From: a bacterium
Lineage (GTDB): Bacteria; UBA8248
DNA length: 64,000 nucleotides
NCBI GenBank assembly: GCA_965207065.1
Contig: OZ242260.1
Span: forward strand, 1,952,001-2,016,000
Direction: 5' to 3'
The notes beneath the pieces were generated by a model. The model saw only the letters and a program-made list of their open reading frames with translations. It was not told the DNA's origin and did no database searches. Both the position numbers and the translations under genes were made by a program. Below, piece by piece: positions 1 to 8,719 of the stretch (positions within the stretch are counted from its first letter, which is position 1; each line of letters begins with the position of its first letter).

Positions 1-1095
1 TAATAGATTACGAAGAAATAGTTCGTATTGCTCATCCTCGTCCTGGCTCGGCTCAACAGGCCCGAAATCATTTTGCCGGCCAAGAAACTCGTCTAACTCC
101 TCCTTTGAAACAACCGGAATCTTTACATGGCGTCCCCACTGCGACCGCGCTTCCATGTAACTCTCGCTATTTACCTGAATAGAAAGCGTTGTTGAATGAT
201 CTTCTTGAACATGAGCGGCATACCACTTCTGTAAGGCGTAACCTATGCTATCCACCTCGTAATAGTAAAAGCGGCCTGCGCCGCGCGCCTTCCACTCCGG
301 AGCCACCATTGATTTTCTGTCGTCATCAAAACTCACGTATCGTACGCGAGCCAAGCAGGTTTGATGATATCGGATTTCGTAATATCCCGCATGATTATTA
401 TCTCTGCGAATCTCTCCGCGCGTCCACTCCTCATTACGCGCCATGAACTCTTCCGCCTCAGTAACTGCTAAAGTGAATTCGGGGAATATCTTATGGTGCT
501 TGAACGGATTTACTCCTACCCTGTTACTCGGCACCCATGAATCAGTTTCGTTTAGGTAGAGCTTAATTCTGTCAAGTGGAGAGATATCCAGTCCGAATCG
601 CTCCCGCCACATTCGTTCAATTTCATGAGGCTGTGCAGCATCCGTTGCTGGAGTGTTGGTATCGCAGACGCGTGTGTAAATATGATGCGCACAAAGTTTC
701 TCATACCTTTCGACAAGGTAATATGGTTTGTGTGGTGTATCCTCAATTATCAACACATCCAGCAATGTTCCGTCTATTGTTATTTCCATCAGATGAAAGT
801 CCGGAAATCTCGACTGAAAAAATTTGCTCGCGTTGTCGCGAAAAAGACCTGCAATATTGGCTTGCGTCCTCCGTCCGGGGTCATTGCTTATCGTGTGTAG
901 GGAGAAATTCAAATCGTCAACTCCAAAAATCAGGAACCGACTACCTTTGTGTTTGGCATTGGCAAGGCATAGAATATCATGAATTAGATCCGCCTTGTTT
1001 GTGTGATGGCAGCTCTTGAAGTCCCAGTATGTCCCTTCAGAGCGACGAACAATGAGCGCCCTAATGTCTGCTAGTAGAGTATCGTTCCTGGTCAT
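1..1095 (-). CDS. Schlafen/AlbA_2-domain protein, runs off the left edge (not in ORF track)
   Basis: Hand translation from ATG at 1095 down to about 541: MTRNDTLLADIRALIVRRSEGTYWDFKSCHHTNKADLIHDILCLANAKHKGSRFLIFGVDD...KPYYL...IYTRVCDTNTP...EIERMWRERFGL. The E-x4-DFK / D-I-x-C-L-A-N / L-I-F-G-V-D pattern is typical of AlbA_2. The rest was not translated, but absence from the ORF track implies no stop before position 1. Confidence 0.8.
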   Translation of the reverse strand, partial: MTRNDTLLADIRALIVRRSEGTYWDFKSCHHTNKADLIHDILCLANAKHKGSRFLIFGVDDLNFSLHTISNDPGRRTQANIAGLFRDNASKFFQSRFPDFHLMEITIDGTLLDVLIIEDTPHKPYYLVERYEKLCAHHIYTRVCDTNTPATDAAQPHEIERMWRERFGLDISPLDRIKLYLNETDSWVPSNRVGVNPFKHHKIFPEFTLAVTEAEEFMARNEEWTRGEIRRDNNHAGYYEIRYHQTCLARVRYVSFDDDRKSMVAPEWKARGAGRFYYYEVDSIGYALQKWYAAHVQEDHSTTLSIQVNSESYMEARSQWGRHVKIPVVSKEELDEFLGRQNDFGPVEPSQDEDEQYELFLRNLL

Positions 1096-1346
1096 ATGCC
1101 TCTCTTCCGAGTTTGTGAATTTCTTCTTGTCCTCCGTCTTAGTTTTTTCTTCACCCTCGCTTCAAACGGTGTGCGCATTTTCTCGTATAGGGCGTTGATG
1201 TGCTCAACGCGCTTGCGCTCAGAGGCGATGCCGCTTCGGCGATAGAGTTTGTCCACGGTGCGGTCAAGAGTATGATGGGCCCGGCGCAGATCGGGTGGCA
1301 TGCAGTACAGCTCGTAGAGGCGGTCAAAGTTGCGTCTGGGTGCGCC
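1092..1346 (-). repeat. Degenerate copy of the 3' end of the MmeI-family gene (copy B)
   Basis: Encodes AHPDATL/..LYELYCMPPDLRRAHHTLDRTVDKLYRRSGIASERKRVEHINALYEKMRTPFEARVKKK, versus THPEATLADLYDPDFMPPNLRRAHQALDRAVDRLYRRGGFASERERVEHLFALYEKMRTPLEVRAKKK at the end of 3619..6405. One frameshift near 1322. Confidence 0.9.
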
Positions 1347-1495
1347 AGACCGTGATGTCAGGTGAAAACCTGCCCTTGTTTGGAAGGTTACTCGGAGATA
1401 AGCGGCATAGAACCACGGCGGGGTATGTCCAACTCGTCGACTCGCACCTTGCCGAAACCGCAGAGAAGGTGCGGGCGTTATCAACGAGACGATAA
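1346..1495 (+). pseudogene. C-terminal fragment of a tyrosine recombinase/phage integrase
   Basis: QTVMSGENLPLFGRLLGDKRHRTTAGYVQLVDSHLAETAEKV resembles the box II LLGH-x4-TT-x2-Y motif, with H changed to D. No N-terminal part. Confidence 0.7.
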
Positions 1496-2335
1496 ATTCT
1501 GAGCGGAATATTCCCCAATTGTCGCTCGCAAAGCACTCATAAACTCGCTGGCAACATTACAGTGATTTATGAGAGAAAAATCTTTCGACCTATTAGCTGG
1601 CAAATTAGCCAAAGTCCATTTTCTCAACAAACCTGAGCCGTGCGCTTCCGGTGTCCTAATGTCATCCACCATCCCGATCACATCACCCATTATTTTCAAA
1701 AATGGGTCTGGAAACGGGATAATTAAATTGCGATTGTCAATTTCTTTAGCCGCTTCCCTTTTTTCTGAATGGATAAGCCAAGTCCTAACGATATTCGTTA
1801 GACACTTTCGGAAATGCAACGAAATTTCAGGCCAGTCTCGGGCGTGCTTGAAAAAGTAAGACTTTCTGCTTTTTGCCTTGACAAATTTCTCATACCTTCG
1901 ACATTCGTAAAGCAGAAATAATACTCCCATGTATTTATCCCAAAATGCACGAATTCGGAACGACAAAGCCGATAAAGCATATAGAATATCCGTTTTCCCA
2001 GAGAATAGCTCGAAATCTTGGAGCACTGCCCCTGACGCAATCCGTCCTCTACTGTGCAGTTGATTATATATGCCGCCAGCTAAATTCACATCTTTCATCA
2101 TGAACAGGTAGGTCAACTCAAGATCGACACAGGCATTCAACAGCTTGCCGTTGATGCGATCATCGTCGCAGTGTATGCGGGAGTACTTGTAGACGTTGCG
2201 AATGTCGTCGCATAGGTTATATCCAGTAATAGTCGCCCCTCCGTATCGGCTAATACATGTCGCAAAGTCTTCTGCATCTTGAAGAGAAGTAATACGGAAT
2301 GGTTCTGGCTCTTGAAACACACCTTCTCCGATCAT
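1481..2335 (-). CDS. Hypothetical protein, putative HEPN-type (Cthe_2314-like) RNase
   Basis: 284 aa, low GC. Has an SFRIRAFWDKYMG helix and an R-x4-H motif (RTPEAH) near the C-terminus. Confidence 0.55.
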   Translation of the reverse strand: MIGEGVFQEPEPFRITSLQDAEDFATCISRYGGATITGYNLCDDIRNVYKYSRIHCDDDRINGKLLNACVDLELTYLFMMKDVNLAGGIYNQLHSRGRIASGAVLQDFELFSGKTDILYALSALSFRIRAFWDKYMGVLFLLYECRRYEKFVKAKSRKSYFFKHARDWPEISLHFRKCLTNIVRTWLIHSEKREAAKEIDNRNLIIPFPDPFLKIMGDVIGMVDDIRTPEAHGSGLLRKWTLANLPANRSKDFSLINHCNVASEFMSALRATIGEYSAQNLSSR

Positions 2336-2369
2336 GAGCGTATCGTCCTAGAAGTTGGCTTGCTTCTAG

Positions 2370-2540
2370 TCAGACGTACCGCTTTTTCCTCACTCCGGTT
2401 CCCAGCGACGTGTACATCTTCTCATAGGACGCGAACAAATGCTCCACGCGCTCGCGTTGGGAGGCTATACCGCCCTAGAAGTAAAGCGCGTCCACGGCGC
2501 GATCGAGGAACTTGTGGGCTGTGAGCTTTTCAGCCGGAGG
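2370..2540 (-). repeat. Degenerate copy of the 3' end of the MmeI-family gene (copy A)
   Basis: Translates as SPPAEKLTAHKFLDRAVDALYF*GGIASQRERVEHLFASYEKMYTSLGTGVRKKRYV*, clearly homologous to the last ~60 aa of 3619..6405. Has an internal TAG. Confidence 0.88.
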
Positions 2541-2544
2541 CGAT

Positions 2545-3574
2545 CTATGCAACTCTGAACAGCTTATAAATTTCCTGCCTCAATTTATCATCGCAATCAA
2601 ATTCCACCGACTTCAAAGATATCATGTAATCTACCTGTTCTTTGCTGCGAAACGGTTTGCGGCGTATTTCACGGACTTCTTCGGCGCTAAAGTACCGATG
2701 GAGGTAATCATACGGATTTTTCCCCTGCCCTATTTGCTTAACAAGAAAGTTGACCCATTGCGCAGTACCCGTGCGTCTCTTCAAATCTTCGATTTCAAAA
2801 AAATCTCTCTCCGCGGCTGTTACGTTTCGGGCAAATAGGTTCTCGATTTTTTCATATAAATCTTTCAAAACTTTGAAATGTTCCCCCTACAACTATAGGC
2901 AAATCTATACTTTCCCCCATCGAACGCTCGATATAAGCCTTCGATACGCTATTCCATCTCCCAAATTTCAGGTTTTCTTTGCCAATCTTCAAAGTGCCAG
3001 CCGTCATCCCGCCTCTCCATGATATTTGCCATTCCGGAACGAAGACAACCCCATGAGATAAATTATTTCTCAACTCCCTTATGAATACGGCAACATCACA
3101 ACCAAAACTTTCTGTTTTGATTTCCTCAATGCTGGCTCTCACATCATCAGGGCACTCTCGCTGAATATTATCAAGAGTCTGTTGCAGGCCAACCACCAAA
3201 GCGCAATACGCCATCATGTCCTTTTGCGCTGCGTGCCCAACGACATGGGCTACATGCGTTTCGAAATTAGTGTCCTTCGAAAAGGCTCCAAGGGCCGCAG
3301 CATGACGGGAAATATCAATATATGCTTGGTGAGCTTCCGAGTATTGCGCTTTCAAACCTTCCTTCAATCTATTCTTTTTCCAGTAGATATGATGGCGGAT
3401 CACGCTCGTTCGCTCTGGACCTATACGCTGGTTTATGGTGTTCCGAATTTCGTCACAGGTTGGGATATCGCCACGTTTCAGATATGAAATAACTTTGCGA
3501 TTTTCAACATCTTTTCGTTGGCGTTCCATCTCTGAAGATCTCTTGAAAAGCTCCCAATTATCCGGTTCTTTCAT
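2545..3574 (-). pseudogene. Putative HEPN-motif protein split by a frameshift (ORFs 2852..3574 and 2545..2868)
   Basis: R-x4-H motif RNNLSH. Removing one base from the C5 run at 2883-2887 (G5 on the coding strand) joins the two ORFs into one 342-aa frame (...IVVGEHFKVLKDLYEK...). Confidence 0.55.
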
Positions 3575-3618
3575 TATTACCTCACAATATCGTCGTCATG
3601 GATAATCAAGTTTTATTA

Positions 3619-6405
3619 TCACCCCCGCCTCCGCCGTCTCGGTTTTTTCTTCGCCCTCACTTCCAGCGGCGTGCGCATTTTCTCGTACAGGGCGAAGAGG
3701 TGCTCCACGCGCTCGCGTTCGGAGGCGAATCCGCCCCGGCGGTAGAGACGATCCACGGCGCGGTCGAGTGCCTGGTGGGCCCGGCGCAGATTGGGCGGCA
3801 TGAAGTCGGGGTCGTAGAGGTCGGCCAGCGTCGCTTCGGGGTGCGTCGCGCGCGCGTCCAGAACGGCCTGCGCGAGTGGATCCAGCTTCGAGAGGTCGGC
3901 GTCTCCTGGCGGCGTGGGGAAGGTGTTGTAGATGACACCGATTCCGTACTGGAAATCGCTCTTTAACCGCCCCCCAATGTGTCTGACCCATGCCATGTGC
4001 ATTGCAGAGGTCAGGAGTGCGAACTCCTGTAAATCAGCATTTGGTAAGACTCTTACTTTGTTGCTTGGAATCACAGGCGGTTCAAGCCAAGCAATAGGTA
4101 TATAATCTCTTCTTTCGGAGCTTACTTCGGGGATAACGAGAAACGGCGCAGTTGGGATAACCTCAACATTGTACCGCGCCGGGTAGTCAGCAACCTTAAG
4201 TGTGCTCTTCCGTTTGCTCTTCGCCCTGAAACTTTTGACAGCGCGCATTCGTTCTACAACTTTTGGCATGGCCTTGAGATCCGCTGGGCCGGCTTCTTGA
4301 AGAGCAAGAATCCAGCGTTCACCGCCTTGCAGATATTCGCGCGCGCCGACATACGGATGCATGAACTTATCTGCAGCCAGTTCTTCCGCGAGTAAGGCCG
4401 CGCGTTGGTCAGCACTGAAAATGTAATTCCCGTTGTCGATAGGTTGTGAGCCGCTCAATAGTGGAAGTAGGCCGTTAATTGGCCGACTCTCCTCCCGCAC
4501 CGTCAGATGCGGATCGGCGAGGCCGCCCGCGTCGAACAGGTAAGGCGAGAGGGCGGTGTGGCGGCTTTCCTCCGGTTCGCCGTTTATATCGGGATAGCTG
4601 AACAGGCGTTTTTCCGCCCGCGCCGCCTCCCGGGGGTCCAGGCCGATAATAACAACGTGCACGTGCGCCTTCCCGCGCGCGTCCGACCCCCATGCGAAGG
4701 TGCGGTGGGCGAAGGCAATCTCCAGCCTGCACCGCTCGAAGAGCAGAGGCCAAAGCTGCGCCGCCTGCTCACCCTGCGTAATCGAGTTGGTGGCGACGAA
4801 GCCGACCCGCGTCGCGCTCTTTTGGAGATACTCCCCCGCCCGGATGAACCACGCGGTCACGTAGTCGAGCGTTCCGCCGCTCTTGCCGAGATCGGCGATG
4901 CGGCGCACCTGCAAGCGCTGCTCGGCCGTCTGGAACTTGGCGCCCACGAATGGCGGATTGCCGAAAACATAGGAGCAATCCTCGGGCGGTAGAAGCGCCG
5001 CCCAGTCGGTCTCCAGCGCGTCGGCGCACAATATGTGCGGGGAAGTCGTAATGGGAATGCGGGTGTAGGTCTGGCCGAACTCCAGGCTCAGGCGGTTGTT
5101 CATGATGTGGTCCATCATCCAGAGCGCCGTCTCGGCGATGCGCGCCGGAAACTCGCCGAGTTCGATGCCGTAGAACTGATCCACGGTGATTTTCGAAAGC
5201 TCGGCCACGTCGAGTTCTTGCTGCGCCTCGTCGGCGCGCAGTTCGCGGATGACCTCCATCTCCAGTTCGCGCAACTCGCGATACGCGATGATGAGGAAGT
5301 TCCCGCATCCACAGGCCGGGTCGAAGAAATTCATCTCGCCGAGACGTCGCTGGAACGCTTCGAGTTCGGCGCGGCGGCGGCTGTCCCGGCGGGCTTTGAG
5401 CCGCCCAAACTCCTCGCGCAGATCGTCCAGGAAAAGCGGCTCGATGACTTTCAGGATGTTCTTCTCGGTGGTGTAGTGCGCCCCCTGCGCGCGGCGCTCT
5501 GCGGGATTCATGACCGATTGGAACAGCGCGCCGAAGATGGCGGGCGAGATGTTCGACCAGTCGAAGCGGCAGCATTCGAGCAGGGCGTTCCGCATGGCGG
5601 CGTTGAAGGAGGGAATGCGCAGGGAATCCTTGAACAAATCGCCGTTCACGTAAGGGAAGCGGGCGAGGTCCACATCCAGCGTGCTCTGGCGGCCGTTCTC
5701 CGGCGTGTCCAGCGCCTGAAACAGTTCGGCCAGCTTCGCCCCGGAGTCCGAGCCGTCCTCGCTCGTGCGCTCTTCGATGAAATCATAGAAAATATCGCGC
5801 GGCTCGAAGATGCCCGTGTCGTCCGCGAAGAGGCAGAAGACGACGCGCACCAGAAAGCGCTCGAGATCGTGCCCCTCGTAGCCCGCCTCCGCTAGGGCGT
5901 CGTGCAGGTTGCCCGCGAGTTCGGCGGCCTTGATGTTGGCGGGGTCCTGATCGCGGAACTCGCGGCGTTGCACGCCGAGAATGAAACCGAATTTCTCGAT
6001 ATTGGCGGGCAAATCGGCGAGGGTGAAGGAGGTGTGCGTATCCTCGTCCAGATTGCGTAGTTCAAATGTCTGGAAATCGCTCACGAGGATGTGTCCGGGC
6101 CGTTCTCTTTCGGGGAGGGCGTCGAAGTATTCCCCCGCCTGCCCGTAGGCTCGCTCCAGATCGCGGCCCTCGCTTTTCTGTTCGACCAGCAGGACGCGCG
6201 GCCAGAAGAGATCGATGTAGCCATGGCGGTTGTCGAGCAGTTCCACGCGCTCTTCATAGCGGGCGACGGAGCGGCGCTGGACGCCGAAGATATGGAAGAA
6301 ATCGTTATAATAACTCTGCGTCTCGCCCTTCTCGTACGCGGCGCCCGCCCAAGCGCGGGCGAAACTCGCCGCGCGCACGCGTATCTCGTTCCAGGATAGG
6401 CGCAA
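3619..6405 (-). CDS. Type IIL restriction-modification enzyme, MmeI family (fused nuclease, m6A methyltransferase, target recognition domain)
   Basis: 928 aa. N-terminal IDLFWP..LLVEQKS nuclease motif, GAHYT, FFDPACGCGNFL (SAM binding), GNPPF (catalytic), C-terminal ATLADLYDPDFMPPNLRRAH..LDRAVDRLY. Confidence 0.93.
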   Translation of the reverse strand: MRLSWNEIRVRAASFARAWAGAAYEKGETQSYYNDFFHIFGVQRRSVARYEERVELLDNRHGYIDLFWPRVLLVEQKSEGRDLERAYGQAGEYFDALPERERPGHILVSDFQTFELRNLDEDTHTSFTLADLPANIEKFGFILGVQRREFRDQDPANIKAAELAGNLHDALAEAGYEGHDLERFLVRVVFCLFADDTGIFEPRDIFYDFIEERTSEDGSDSGAKLAELFQALDTPENGRQSTLDVDLARFPYVNGDLFKDSLRIPSFNAAMRNALLECCRFDWSNISPAIFGALFQSVMNPAERRAQGAHYTTEKNILKVIEPLFLDDLREEFGRLKARRDSRRRAELEAFQRRLGEMNFFDPACGCGNFLIIAYRELRELEMEVIRELRADEAQQELDVAELSKITVDQFYGIELGEFPARIAETALWMMDHIMNNRLSLEFGQTYTRIPITTSPHILCADALETDWAALLPPEDCSYVFGNPPFVGAKFQTAEQRLQVRRIADLGKSGGTLDYVTAWFIRAGEYLQKSATRVGFVATNSITQGEQAAQLWPLLFERCRLEIAFAHRTFAWGSDARGKAHVHVVIIGLDPREAARAEKRLFSYPDINGEPEESRHTALSPYLFDAGGLADPHLTVREESRPINGLLPLLSGSQPIDNGNYIFSADQRAALLAEELAADKFMHPYVGAREYLQGGERWILALQEAGPADLKAMPKVVERMRAVKSFRAKSKRKSTLKVADYPARYNVEVIPTAPFLVIPEVSSERRDYIPIAWLEPPVIPSNKVRVLPNADLQEFALLTSAMHMAWVRHIGGRLKSDFQYGIGVIYNTFPTPPGDADLSKLDPLAQAVLDARATHPEATLADLYDPDFMPPNLRRAHQALDRAVDRLYRRGGFASERERVEHLFALYEKMRTPLEVRAKKKPRRRRRG

Positions 6406-6922
6406 TTGCGGACTCAGGCGGTGCCGCGCCGGGCGGTAGTAGGGGGCAAATTAAGGAGCAATACTTGTCTCGTGATGTTCATAGTGTAGGAATATCGCAC
6501 ATTTCGGAGCGTGACTCCTAGCCGGTAAAGGTTGCGTTCCGATTTCAATCACGGATCGTAAGTATAGGGCTCGCGTCTGCTTGGAAGATAAGTTATCGAT
6601 ATTTCTCCCGCCATTCCCGTTATTTATGCTTTCCGACAAACGGTTCGGATCCAGGCGCATGAGTAGGGGCATGCCGGCTTTTGCCTGAAAATTACCGCTC
6701 CATTTTCGGTATTATACATGATCGCACAGATGGAACAGGGGATAACATTCATGTGCCCTGGCATACGGATGGCTTACTTGCCAGAGTTCAAGAAAGGTCT
6801 CCCCATCATTAAAGGAGCTTGGGGCCGTATAGCTTCACCCAGGTGCGGAGTGCCAGTAGTCGATGTAGTAGTTTTGCCCCTTTTCCGTGTACGTGTTAGG
6901 CAGCGCGACGGAAGAGTTCTCC

Positions 6923-7245
6923 ATGACGCGTCTACGCGCCGCCGAATTTGCGGCCTGACTCTTGGCCTCTACGCTACAACTCGCCGGTACCTACGGGTGG
7001 CGGTCTCAACTGTGACGGCTGCCACCGGGAAACGACGACTGGCGGGTATCACTGTCACCGCGGCGGGAAGAGCGACAACGGGAAGACGTAGGGGCAGTGG
7101 ACTACTTGGTCGTAAGGTCACGTTTGTATGGGCTATTCTGGGGGGCACCGCGCAGCTACCGGCAGTTCGAACTCCCAGAAAGGGGCTACGGTTCACGCCG
7201 GTCCAGCAGGATCGCGAGGGCGCGTTTGTTGAGTGGAGGTGGTGA
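6923..7245 (+). pseudogene. Decayed small secreted protein with a short YHYH-type motif
   Basis: 6995-7058 reads GGGLNCDGCHRETTTGGYHCH. The signal-peptide-like start at 6923 carries a stop and a frameshift. Confidence 0.45.
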
Positions 7246-7907
7246 TGCTGCCCTACTATCTTGTCAAACTCTTCACCCACGAGGAGCATGCCGCGGCTTT
7301 CAGTTGCGGAGAGATTTACGCCCGAAAGCTGCGGTGTTTTCGCAAGGAGGAGTCTGAGGGTCGAGGGGACTAGGCTGAAGGCACGATAGTCAACCTCCAT
7401 CTGAAAGATCAGAAACTCACCCTTACCGCTATAACCCCAGAGGGTCGGAAAACGATAGATATAACCGACAAAGATATTGCGGCTCCTGTGACGATGGGAA
7501 GCGACGCTATTCTGGACCTTCATGTGTTCTGTATGGTCGGCCTTTATGGAAGCTCAGGATCAGAGAACACCCACCAAATCAATTTGCCTGAAAGGTGCTT
7601 CCGCGAATTTGGAAAGTACGCCGTAGTCATCCTTGGCGACCACGTTAAGGAGTTTATCAACAGGGTTCAGGTCGCCGCGAAGAGAGAGGGATACCAAGTC
7701 TCGTGTAACCGTGTGACGTACTACGATCCCACTAGTTTCGACGGGCTGATTCCGGAGGATCGGGCCCCTTTCAGCAAGTAAAAAAAGTTCGAGTATCAAC
7801 AGGAATTTCGGCTCGTATTCGATACGAAAAAACCGGGGACGCTCAAATTGAATGTCGGGGAACTAAGCGACATTTCGGGGGCGGCGAAAGTCGTGCTCAC
7901 CCGTTGA
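7245..7907 (+). pseudogene. Hypothetical protein pseudogene with two in-frame stops
   Basis: GGAGG RBS, then one 220-codon frame (MLPYYLVKLFTHEEHA...RGD*AEG...HVFCM...FGKYAVVI...PFSK*KKFEYQQEFRL) broken by TAG 7371-7373 and TAA 7779-7781. Confidence 0.6.
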
Positions 7908-8719
7908 AAAAGAAGTCGCCAAGGCCTTTACGGAAATCTGCCAGCGTTCGCCGGGCACTCCACGGAGCTTCGTCTTGTACGAATAACACGTCTCGTCCCA
8001 CTCCACCGCCACCGCGCTCTGTGTGTCATCCTTGAGAGTGACCACGATGGACGCCAGCTTTTATGGGAACAGAACGACCTCGCGGGTCAGTCCGAAATTC
8101 GTTACGGTTCCGACTAACCCTGGAATTTACCCGACAGCGCGCCCTCTTGTTTCCTGAAGTGGGACACGTAGTCGTCGCGCTTTCTCGAGTCGACCTTGTT
8201 GATCTCGACGATGTCGCGCTACGCGATTTCGGCAAGGGCTACGAAGGTTAGGTCGTTGTTGCAGTCGGCGCGCTGCAACCCAATTGCGCGAGGTGTGAAA
8301 AATCATCGAGAGAATCTTCGCTCAATTACCGTGCACCCGCCAAGTGTCAATGGACCCGGTCTATCGCGTACAGGCAGCCTACCGCCCCCGGCCTGATAAT
8401 TCCAGGATTCCCTGTAATTTGGGCTGGAGTACTAGCGGGACTCGCGCTAACATTTTATCGTATTTCAGAAACCAGGGAACTTGGCCTTGACCTTTTTGAG
8501 CAGTTAATGGACATGAATTCATACGGATTGGATGAACACCTTTCGATGATTGACAGACCGGCATTTCAATCGTGAGAAAACACTCACCGAGACAGAATAA
8601 GTTAAGAAAGGAGAGAGAAAATCAACTTCCAGAAACTGTTTCAGGCTCGCCGTAGACAGACCTGACCGCGCCGAGTCCTCATCAGACACGGTGAAGAGCT
8701 TACGGAGGGTTTTTGGTCA

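Noticed and set aside
7371-7373. Pyrrolysine or stop-codon recoding
   Set aside because: The same frame also has a TAA, neighbouring genes are decayed, and TAG is a normal stop elsewhere in the window.
6718-7523. ORFs 6718..7245 (+) and 6969..7523 (-) as genes
   Set aside because: No recognisable motifs; they overlap the YHYH-motif and 7245..7907 pseudogene frames, which explain the sequence better.
7908-8570. Possible gene fragments between the pseudogene and the UDG-fold gene
   Set aside because: Short frames with several stops and no family I can recognise.
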